A stretch of DNA of 33,473 bases, the filler included, from an uncultured virus (IMG/VR IMGVR_UViG_2049941000_000069) (lineage: Duplodnaviria > Heunggongvirae > Uroviricota > Caudoviricetes). It is 7 parts of one record of this genome, joined end to end, with 100 filler letters (N's around TTAATTAATTAA, not from the genome) between each part and the next. Parts side by side here need not be neighbours in the genome. Positions count along the whole stretch, not along the records: positions 8,728 to 32,367 come from IMGVR_UViG_2049941000_000069; positions 32,468 to 33,180 come from IMGVR_UViG_2049941000_000069; positions 33,281 to 33,473 come from IMGVR_UViG_2049941000_000069; 4 more parts are not named here. One strand, 5' to 3'. Position numbers and translations under genes: made by a program. Of this stretch, positions 25,414 to 33,473 are shown in pieces. The first letter of the stretch is position 1. Every line of letters begins with the position of its first letter. The notes beneath the pieces were generated by a model that saw nothing but the letters and a program-made list of their open reading frames with translations, did no database searches and had not been told where the DNA came from.

Positions 25414-26697
25414 TTACGCGTCAGCCTGTGTCGTGTCAACGCAGACGTGATACATCGACTCGTCGAGCACGGTGGCGTAACGACCGATGACGTCCGTATG
25501 GTATGCCTTGAGCATGCCGTTCGGAACGACCTTGTTGATGACATAGAGGAATCCCTGCGTCTTTGCCACGGAAGCCTGAATGGTGTTGTTAATCTCGCCG
25601 CTCTGGATGAGGTCGACATCAGCGGGCTTTGCATGGACGATGACACCAGCCATACCGAGAGGACGCAGAACAGCGACACCAGCCTTCCAGCCCTTGACGG
25701 TGTGGTAAGTGGTGATGCCCTGTACGGTCTGCTGCTCGCGGACGATGTGGATGGGCGCAATCTTCGAGATGGGCGAACGGCTGTACTCGACAAGCTGCTG
25801 ATAGGTGATGCTGTCGACGGTAGTGCTCGACTGACCGCTTGTGACAACGATGACCTTGTCGGGAGCATAGAGCGAGATGTAGCGGTTCACTTCCTTGATG
25901 AAAGCCGTGTTCTTCAGAAGAACGTTAATCAGCATGTCCCAAGTGATGTCCCACTGGAAGCCAACGCTGTCAGGAATCTGGTTGGCAAGACGGAAGTCAA
26001 TCTCAATCTTGCGCATCTGCTCTGGGATGTCGCAGTCAGCAGCAGTCCAAACCTTTGCGCCTGCAGTCTTGAAGTTGGCGGTAGGAATGTAAGCAGCCTG
26101 CGAAGTGACAACGCCACTGAAGCCCTGAGTCGTGGCAGTACCGCCAGCGATGTTGGTCAGAGCGATGGTGTTACCATACTGACCACCACGAGACAGTGTC
26201 ATAGCTGCCATGTTGGATGCAGTAAGCATGTGAGACTTAATCAAGTCTGCAACGCCACGAACGTATCCCTCTACGAGAGACTGGTCTTGGCCGAGTTCCT
26301 CAAGACGAGCCTGAAGCTCCATCTTGGACATCGAAGTCTCGAACAAGCCCTTACCATACTGGTAGATAGAGCCAGTCTTAACATCGTAGCCCTCAGCGTC
26401 GAGCTGCATGGTCTCAGACAGAGGAGCCATTGCGTCGGCCATAGGAACGGTACGCTGAATCTTCTGACGTACAGACCAAGCTGGGTTCTGCTTCAGCTGA
26501 CCGCGCTCAATCTGATACTCCATGCCCTCGACACGGAAGCACTCCTGCCAGAAGAACTGATTCTCATCAAGTTCGATGGTGCGGTCGATGAGGGTCTGCA
26601 AGAAACCCTGATTGCTGCCGCCACCTAAGAAACCTCTCTGATAAAGCTTCTCGATAGCCTCATCGGAAGTCCACTGAAATTTTAGTGCATTTGCCAT
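25414..26697 (-). CDS. Major capsid protein
   Basis: 427 aa with strong codon bias, in the order scaffold-decoration-capsid; KVWTAADCDIPEQM resembles lambda gpE-type capsids. Confidence 0.85.
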   Translation of the reverse strand: MANALKFQWTSDEAIEKLYQRGFLGGGSNQGFLQTLIDRTIELDENQFFWQECFRVEGMEYQIERGQLKQNPAWSVRQKIQRTVPMADAMAPLSETMQLDAEGYDVKTGSIYQYGKGLFETSMSKMELQARLEELGQDQSLVEGYVRGVADLIKSHMLTASNMAAMTLSRGGQYGNTIALTNIAGGTATTQGFSGVVTSQAAYIPTANFKTAGAKVWTAADCDIPEQMRKIEIDFRLANQIPDSVGFQWDITWDMLINVLLKNTAFIKEVNRYISLYAPDKVIVVTSGQSSTTVDSITYQQLVEYSRSPISKIAPIHIVREQQTVQGITTYHTVKGWKAGVAVLRPLGMAGVIVHAKPADVDLIQSGEINNTIQASVAKTQGFLYVINKVVPNGMLKAYHTDVIGRYATVLDESMYHVCVDTTQADA

Positions 26698-26715
26698 AAT
26701 CTGTTCCTCCTTCTT

Positions 26716-27519
26716 TTAAATCCAGAAAATGCCGTCGATGTATGACTTGTTCTTTGCAAGAACGTAGTCGGGCAGTGGCTGCATGCGAGCAATCCAAGCC
26801 TGCTTGTTGTAAACGGCTGACATAGAATAGTTGGCTGTGCCAGTGATGCCGTATCCCTCAGTCGGAAGCAAATCGCGGTCTGCTTCAACGAATGTGTTGG
26901 GATTCGGAACGAGAACCTTACAAGAGCCAGTGGGCTCTGCAAGAGCTGCGTCTGCGGCTGCGTCGCCCTCAACCAGAATGGTATCGGTTGTGATGGCTGC
27001 ACCAAGAGCGTTCTCAAGCGTCAGCTGGAACTTCTTGTTTGTTTCATCAAACACCACTGCTGTCACCTTTGCATAAGTGCCAGTGTAGTCAGAGATGTCG
27101 CCAGTAGTCACAGTGAACGTTGCGTCTGCAAGGTCTACCTTGCTGTCTGCAACATTCAACTTGCTCGTTGAAGCGACAGAGATGGCTCCGCCAGACTTCA
27201 GCGTCTTGGGAGCAATCATCAGATACATTCCGACCTCTGGAGCATCGCTGTAACCGTCGCCCTCAACATAGATTGTGGTGGCGTTGTTGGCAGCGTTTGC
27301 CTGAACCTTGAACGAGCGGAAGATGAGACAACCCTGTGCGGGAGTGTACTGCACCAACTGAGCTGCATACAAGTGGTCGAAACCCTTCTTGGGATTAAGG
27401 ATAGTACCGCCAAGCAGTACGTTGCCGCGCTGCTCACCGTTGGAATCCTTTACCCACACCCATTTGCCGCCACGAACCTTGCGTGACGACTCATAGAAAT
27501 AAGCTAAGTTTGTTACCAT
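26716..27519 (-). CDS. Head decoration / minor capsid protein
   Basis: 267 aa, A/T/G-rich, between scaffold and capsid; ends RMQPLPDYVLAKNKSYIDGIFWI. Confidence 0.65.
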   Translation of the reverse strand: MVTNLAYFYESSRKVRGGKWVWVKDSNGEQRGNVLLGGTILNPKKGFDHLYAAQLVQYTPAQGCLIFRSFKVQANAANNATTIYVEGDGYSDAPEVGMYLMIAPKTLKSGGAISVASTSKLNVADSKVDLADATFTVTTGDISDYTGTYAKVTAVVFDETNKKFQLTLENALGAAITTDTILVEGDAAADAALAEPTGSCKVLVPNPNTFVEADRDLLPTEGYGITGTANYSMSAVYNKQAWIARMQPLPDYVLAKNKSYIDGIFWI

Positions 27520-27546
27520 AATCGTTAAACTTTTAGTTATTAAACA

Positions 27547-28194
27547 CTACTGTACCTTTACTTTAGGCAGTGCGTCGATAAACTCGTCTTCTTGCTTCTG
27601 AACCTGTTTCGGAGCAAGCGGCTTGATATCGCCAATCTTGCTCTTGAAGATTTCTTGGAAGCGCGAATGCAATCTCTTTGCTTGGTCTTCGGCGCTGACA
27701 TCGTCCTTGACTTCGTAGTCTCTGATGAAAACATCGAACTCTCCGTGCAAGTCTTGTCTGATGTCTTTTTTTGCCAATCCTACGATTTCATTGAACTTGT
27801 TCTTTTTGGCCTCTTCGTCCTTGAACTTCTTGAGCTCCGCAAGCTGCTCTTTGATTTCTTCAGGCATCTCAAACTGCTGCTGTTGCTGCTGTTGCTGCTG
27901 ATTCGGATGGGCAATTTTTTTGTTCAACTCTGCAATCTGATTCTTGTAGTCGTTCTCTTTCAACTCGAACGTTTTCTGCTTGGCTGCAAGTCCCTTCGTT
28001 GCTGCGCTCCGTGCTGTGTCAAGATTGAACTTGATTTCGTCAAGGATGCCGTCGTCGTCGATTCCTGCTGCCTCGTGCTTCTTTGCGAAGAACTCAGCAA
28101 ATTTGTCCTTAAAATCATCTGTCAAAGTCTCGCTGTCGTAGCTTCTCTCGCTACAGTAAGTGTTTGCTCTCTGCAAAACTTCTTCTTTTGTCAT
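27547..28194 (-). CDS. Capsid scaffolding protein
   Basis: Charged coiled-coil protein with a poly-Q linker; first gene of the head operon. Confidence 0.7.
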   Translation of the reverse strand: MTKEEVLQRANTYCSERSYDSETLTDDFKDKFAEFFAKKHEAAGIDDDGILDEIKFNLDTARSAATKGLAAKQKTFELKENDYKNQIAELNKKIAHPNQQQQQQQQQFEMPEEIKEQLAELKKFKDEEAKKNKFNEIVGLAKKDIRQDLHGEFDVFIRDYEVKDDVSAEDQAKRLHSRFQEIFKSKIGDIKPLAPKQVQKQEDEFIDALPKVKVQ

Positions 28195-28240
28195 AATAGT
28201 TCTCTCCTATTTTGGTTATGTGAACACGATTGTTCGGTTG

Positions 28241-28275
28241 CAAATATAACAACAAATATGCACGCGCAAAATATA
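28241..28275 (-). promoter_or_regulatory. Promoter of the head-tail operon
   Basis: TATATTTG at 28241-28248 with TTTG upstream. Confidence 0.75.
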
Positions 28276-28285
28276 NNNNNNNNNN

Positions 28286-28649
28286 CCCGCTCTGGATGAG
28301 GTCGACATCAGCGGGCTTTGCGTGGACGATGACACCAGCCATTCCGAGAGGACGCAGAACAGCGACACCAGCCTTCCAACCCTTGACGGTATGGTAAGTG
28401 GTGATGCCCTGTACAGTCTGCTGCTCGCGGACGATGTGGATGGGCGCAATCTTAGAGATGGGCGAACGGCTGTACTCGACAAGCTGCTGATAGGTGATAC
28501 TGTCGACGGTAGTGCTCGACTGACCGCTTGTGACAACGATGACTTTGTCGGGAGCATAGAGCGAGATGTAGCGGTTCACTTCCTTGATGAACGCAGCGTT
28601 CTTCAACAGTACGTTGATGAGCATGTCCCAAGTGATGTCCCACTGGAAC
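28286..28649 (-). other. Variant duplicate of an internal capsid-gene segment (about 25598-25959), gap-flanked
   Basis: About 95% identical by eye with almost all changes synonymous (one T>A amino-acid change); bounded by 10-N gaps on both sides. Confidence 0.85.
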
Positions 28650-28714
28650 NNNNNNNNNNACAAGTTCGTGATAAAGTGTATAATTTACATAAACTTTATT
28701 CTGAATGTATCTTC

Positions 28715-28741
28715 AACACATTGTATCAATGTGTATCTTTG
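28715..28741 (+). promoter_or_regulatory. Promoter of the terminase-portal operon
   Basis: TATCTTTG at 28734-28741, about 33 nt before the ATG. Confidence 0.65.
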
Positions 28742-28774
28742 CAACGAGAAATTAAAATTTCTGTTCCGTAAGAT

Positions 28775-29396
28775 ATGGCAAAGAAACGCAACGACATAGT
28801 GCTTGCTCCGTTGGAGGATGGAAACCAGAAGTACGCCATTCGCTCCAATGCTGACTTTGTTGTACTTGCTGGGCCGACTGGCTCTGGCAAGACAGTTGCG
28901 CTTTACTATGCTCCGATAGAGTATCTTGCAATGAACGACAATGCGAAAATTGTGTGCTTTATGCGTAATGTCTCAGATTTCTGGGGTGCTGGTAAAGTAA
29001 ACGACACGCTCAAGAAGATGTATCCTCTCGTAGACCGCGCTGTCAAGAAACAGCCGCATGACCCGATAGGAGAGATTATACACAAGCAAGAAGACATGGG
29101 CATGAAACTCTACAACGGCTCAGAGATTAAGTTTCAGCAGCTCGACAACGAGTCTCCAATAGTGCTTGACAAGATTGCAAAAGGTCTTCAGGCTAAGAAG
29201 CTGATATTTGACGAGGCCAACAAGTTCGAATGGAAGACAATCACGACGTTCATGCCACGTCTTCGTTCAGACAGTGCGGGAAAGGCACAGATATACTTGG
29301 CTCAGAATCCAGAGCGCGAATGCCCGCTTCGTAAGATTTGCGGTAAAGGAGAGCATGGGGGCGGTTGGATTAACGACGACGGAAGCGTCGATAAGT
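28775..29396 (+). CDS. terL: Terminase large subunit, 5' part (ATPase domain)
   Basis: Walker A GPTGSGKT, Walker B LIFDEA, coupling motif AQNP; interrupted after DK. Confidence 0.92.
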
Positions 29397-29429
29397 GAGC
29401 TTTGCAGTCTGCTCTCCGANNNNNNNNNN
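29397..29429 (+). mobile_element. Insertion interrupting terL (possible self-splicing intron), mostly unassembled
   Basis: Joining AAG T (29396) to CT ATG (29430) restores the frame as DK-S-MDG. The intervening 23 nt create a TGA stop and run into an N gap. Confidence 0.5.
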
Positions 29430-30586
29430 CTATGGACGGAGTCGTCATGTTCTTCTACATGCACGAGGGAGACTACAATAAGATGTATTGGGGGAGAACA
29501 AAGCGTGAAGTGTACGAGAAAGCAAAGGAGTTCATAGACTCTCGTTTGGCTATAGACCAAGACATGACGTACGAAGACTTCATACTCTCGATGGTGTTCT
29601 TCACGTTCGATATGCGAGACAACAAGAAGATGCTTGCAAAGAACAAGTCGTATCGCGGAATGACTGCTAACTCTGCAACTGCAGCGTCGTCTTTCGCAAA
29701 CAATTGGAACTACTCAATAACAGACGACGAAGAGAAGACAGAAGACTTGTCGAACGTACAGCTTTCACAGAACGACGTTGAGCGTATGTTCAGACCGATG
29801 GAGATTCCGCACGACAGCGTTCTCGAAGACGAGTTCATCACAGTCGATATGGCAACGACTGGATTTGACAACCTCGTCATGAAGTATTGGCAGAAATGGA
29901 GTAAGTTCGGATTTCTGTGCAAAGACATAAAATTCTCGACAAACAACACAAACCGTACTGCTGTGCTTATGATAAACGACTTTATGCAGAAGCATGGCGT
30001 ACCGCAGAAAAAGCTCATTCTTGACGTGCAGGGATTCGGATTCTTGCGCGAGTGTTATCCGCAAGCGCGATGCTTCGCTGGAGCTGGCACTGCCTCACAA
30101 CGCAGTAAAAGCCAATACAGAACAGCCAAGGATGAAGCAGGTCATGTTGCGATGGAGATGATACAGAGCGGACTCATACACTACGAGCCACGTCTTGCGC
30201 AGATGCACTACATGCACAAGAACATGAAGCGTGAGGGCGGTACTACGATTCTGCGCCACATGCTCTTCGAGTCGCGCGTCTTTCAGTTCTACAAGACTCC
30301 GAACGGACGTAATGCCATGCTTGACAAAGAGCGCATGAAGCCTATGCTGAAAGGCATGTCGCCAGACTTGATGGACAACGTTATACTGCTCTGCGGCGGC
30401 ACGATATACGACTGTTATAGAATGCTACGCGACGACGCTGGGATGGCCAAGAAGAACGCAGAAGCAAGCGACATGCTTGCACTGCTCAACATAAACGGAG
30501 AAGACAACATGGACACGCGTATTGCGCGCGTACGTCCGAAAATAAGGAACGCAAGTGAGATACTAAACATTTTAAGCACGATATGA
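29430..30586 (+). CDS. terL: Terminase large subunit, 3' part (nuclease domain)
   Basis: RNase H-like ITVDMATTGFD and SPDLMD motifs; ATGA overlap with the portal gene. Confidence 0.9.
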
Positions 30587-32091
30587 AGAGAGAGCACGAC
30601 ATCAAATGGTTCATGGAAGAACCGAAAAGGCTTACGATGATGAAGCCTTTTACACGCGGCGGTGTTATGAAAGAGCACGGATTCGAAAAAAATGTTGTAT
30701 TCAACAATACTGTGCTCAACACGGGATTCGCAAACCTTGAACTGCAGCCTATTTCGCAAGACACGTACATCACTGAGTACAGGCCAGACTTGCACTATAT
30801 CATTCTGAATCAGATAGTTCCGAAGATAAAGATTGTTCTTAACGGTGTTGAATTGCCTGGTCGACTGATGGAGATGACACAGACCGCTTCGTTCCAAAAG
30901 ATTATACACGCAGCTCACGTGAGAAGCCTTACTAGCAACCCGCTTGAGTTCACGCTGTGCAAGGGCGATACAGAGCAGGGTGGCGTCGACGCATTTGAGG
31001 ACGTGAAAGCAGAGTGGAACTGGAGAAACAACGACTGGTATCTGTCTCAAGCGATAAACACTTGCAAGCAGTTGGGAAACTGCGGTCTGCTGTTCTCGTA
31101 CAACAAGGGAATGGAGAGGTACGAGATTACGACGTATTCTTATGAAGACGGCTATCAGATTGTGCCGAACTACGACGAATATGGAATGGAGATTGCACGC
31201 TCTCTCGTATATCAAGTCGACAATTCGATTGTCATCGACACTTTCGACGCGAAGAATCACTATCACATCTCCCAAGGAACTAATGGTTGGAACATCGACA
31301 TAAGCAATCATGGATTCTCGAGATGTCCACTTCTTCACAGACGTGGCAAGGTGGCGTGGGAATACGCTGAGTCAACCATCGAGATATGGGAGCTGATGAC
31401 AAACATTCAGAACATTGCTCTGAAGCGTTTTGGAACATTTGCATTGGTGTTTACAGGAGAGATGGACACGAAGTCGTTCCAGCGAGATTCTTCTACGCTT
31501 ATCATCAACTTGTCGAGCGACACGACAAACGGAAAGCAAGACGCAAAAGTTCTTGACTTCCCAGAACCTCAGACGATGGATGCTTATCTGAAGACTCTCG
31601 AAGAGAAGATTTCTCTGTTCTCGAGCACGTCTTTCATCACGCCCAAAGACATCACTGCGACAAACAGCGGCGGTAACGGAATTGCGCTTGCGATGTCTAA
31701 CGACTATGCGTTGGCGACACAGAGCGCACTCGACTGGCGCAAGTTTGTCAACGACATGTTCTATCTGCACCAAGAAGGTCTTGACTTGGAGTCTAACGGT
31801 ACAGAAAAGTACGGAAAACTCAAGGTGAGTGCGAAGATTGTTCCTTGGTCACTCGAGACGAACAATACGAAAATTACAAACCTGCAGATGGAAGCAAAAT
31901 GGCTGTCCATGAAGACAGTCATCGAACGTTCGCCAGACGCAGCTCCAGACGAAGTTGAGCGCATTATATCAGAACGCGGCGCACTTGTGCCGCAAGACGC
32001 AGTCAGTGATGCCGACTCTGAAAAGGCTGCGCGCATCAGCAAGAACAACTCGAACGAGATTATTGACAACAAAGCTCAGGCTGGGCTTGAC
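30583..32091 (+). CDS. Portal protein (stop codon lost in gap)
   Basis: About 503 aa directly after terL; GNCGLLF and NSGGNGIALAM segments resemble SPP1-type portals. Confidence 0.85.
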
Positions 32092-32102
32092 NNNNNNNNN
32101 NG

Positions 32103-32367
32103 ATGGCTGAAGGAACTTTAGGAAGGAATCTTGCGTTCCCCATATTCAATAGCGACGGAACGCCCTTTAACGACTTGGTTCTCAACAAGGCGTCGTACGA
32201 TAGTATCGTTATGTCGCTCGGAGACAAGATAACGGGCGACGTGTATTATCGCGGTACGGGACTTGCCGTAACGATGAGCGAATACATAGAGTACAACGGC
32301 GTCAAATTCGTGCTTGTCAACCCGCCGACGATATTGCGCGAGGGTATGGTTTCGGACAACGGCGAAC
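32103..32367 (+). CDS. Putative tail/baseplate protein, N-terminal fragment
   Basis: Beta-rich start (SIVMSLGDKITGDVYY...YIEYNGVKFVLVNPP), truncated at the contig end. Confidence 0.55.
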
Positions 32368-32467
32368 NNNNNNNNNNNNNNNNNNNNNNNNNNNNNNNNN
32401 NNNNNNNNNNNTTAATTAATTAANNNNNNNNNNNNNNNNNNNNNNNNNNNNNNNNNNNNNNNNNNNN

Positions 32468-32619
32468 ATCTTTGTCAGGGTATGAATCTTGTTTATTGAA
32501 TAGTTACTCATCATAGACGAGCGTCCGAGACGTTGCTTGAGCAGAACTGCAATTGCCAGAGCTTTTTGGAGCTTTGGCTGTCCCTTGCATTCGTTCATTA
32601 TCTTTCGTCTTATCTGCAT
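32468..32619 (-). CDS. Basic hypothetical protein, N-terminal fragment
   Basis: Likely start MQIRRKIMNECKG after a long structured leader. Confidence 0.6.
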
Positions 32620-32806
32620 ACGTTCACACCTAAACAAAACTACCCATCGGAAATCCGACAGGTAGCTCTGAATAGGTTCGTCGCATTGTCGGATGCTGCT
32701 TTCGCAACAGTAGGAACACTCCGAAATCCGACGATTATGTATGAACGTATGTCCGTTGTCTCAACGTTCTCCGCAATGTCACTCAAAGGGTTCCTACTTC
32801 CTAAAA
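32617..32806 (-). promoter_or_regulatory. Structured 5' leader with terminator/antiterminator alternatives
   Basis: 12-bp terminator stem GCTACCTGTCGG/CCGATGGGTAGT, competing GTCGGAT/ATCCGAC pairings, and a 13-nt anti-start-codon tract. Confidence 0.6.
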
Positions 32807-32812
32807 GCACTG

Positions 32813-32844
32813 CAAAGATACGACTATATTTTATATATTCCAAA
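32813..32844 (-). promoter_or_regulatory. Bacteroidota promoter
   Basis: TTTG (-33) at 32841-32844 and TATCTTTG (-7) at 32813-32820. Confidence 0.85.
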
Positions 32845-32864
32845 TTTTATGGCAAAACTTTAAG

Positions 32865-33180
32865 TTATTTTAGCATTTGGACACCTTTCCAGCACAGCCA
32901 AGCGCAGACGACAATGTTGATAGTGACTATTACTGCCACTTGCTCAGGGTACAGCTCGACAGTTATTAGCCATTGTTTTAGCAAAAGTTGGACAAACAGA
33001 TAGCAGATTGCAAGACGATTCCACAGGCACGACTCGATTGCTGCACTGATTATTGCCAATATTAAAACAGTTGAGAAGTCGTATTCAAAATAATTGCCTA
33101 TAATCGTCGATAATCTGCAGTTCGGTATAATGTATCCATTCCACTCACAAAAGTCGCTTGTAAGCAACGAGAGGGCGCTT
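32865..33180 (-). CDS. Membrane protein, 5'-truncated
   Basis: Three hydrophobic segments; the frame is open to the contig edge. Confidence 0.65.
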
Positions 33181-33280
33181 NNNNNNNNNNNNNNNNNNNN
33201 NNNNNNNNNNNNNNNNNNNNNNNNTTAATTAATTAANNNNNNNNNNNNNNNNNNNNNNNNNNNNNNNNNNNNNNNNNNNN

Positions 33281-33473
33281 AGCCATCGGTTTCACCAACT
33301 GCCGAGCTTCCTTGTAGTAGACGTTCAACTTGACGCTGACTACAGACGTTCCGAGCAGCGTGTGGTCTGATGTATTCTTGATGATTCTCTTTGCGTGGTC
33401 GATGTCAACAAGGAAGTTCCATAGCTGAGCCATCTTCACGCCGTCCTCGCGCTGATAGCTGATAAAAGAATGC
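33281..33473 (-). CDS. Fragment homologous to the 1638-1976 gene
   Basis: Shares YQREDG.KM.QLWNFL and VVSVKLNVYYKEARQLVKPMA; apparent 1-nt insertion near 33459. Confidence 0.8.

Noticed and set aside
27874..27900. CAG/CAA microsatellite as a phase-variation tract
   Set aside because: An in-frame trinucleotide repeat encoding a poly-Q linker; length change would not shift the frame.
28286..28649. Diversity-generating retroelement template repeat for the capsid gene
   Set aside because: Mismatches are third-position synonymous and not adenine-specific, the region is mid-gene, and no reverse transcriptase is present in the window.
29394..29398. TGA stop-codon reassignment or readthrough in terL
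   Set aside because: TGA, TAG and TAA all terminate other genes normally and no suppressor tRNA is seen. An insertion explains the junction exactly.
15501..31773. Long antisense ORFs over structural genes (e.g. 25447-26628, 15571-16464, 30415-31338)
   Set aside because: Shadow ORFs caused by codon bias of the real genes on the opposite strand.
1399..33236. Six copies of TTAATTAATTAA as a biological repeat
   Set aside because: Always centred in N runs and encodes stops in all six frames; it is a contig-joining linker.

Overview
Fragmented, multi-contig assembly of a long-tailed (siphovirus-like) phage of a Bacteroidota host, inferred from TAnnTTTG promoters, AT-rich Shine-Dalgarno-less translation starts, and DUF3127/DUF6291-like genes. 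Six artificial N-flanked TTAATTAATTAA linkers split the window into seven pieces (about 1-1354, 1455-3619, 3720-5009, 5110-8627, 8728-32367, 32468-33180, 33281-33473), and short N gaps create several false ORF fusions. Bases 1-8.6 kb are a minus-strand accessory/early region of small, often acidic ORFs, a serine recombinase and two atypical tRNA-like genes. Bases 9.3-13.7 kb are a plus-strand replication module (two SSB-like proteins, an initiator with internal iterons). Bases 13.9-28.2 kb are a minus-strand head-tail operon (scaffold, capsid, connectors, tail tube, frameshifted chaperone, 2313-aa tape measure), with a divergent interrupted terminase, portal and tail gene at 28.8-32.4 kb. The most notable signal is a candidate RNA-regulatory layer: a U-rich antisense seed between two tRNA-like genes, repeated exactly 3.4 kb away and complementary to the start regions of several early genes, plus covarying hairpins and c4/CI-like attenuator leaders. 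All structures were folded by eye and no database search was run.
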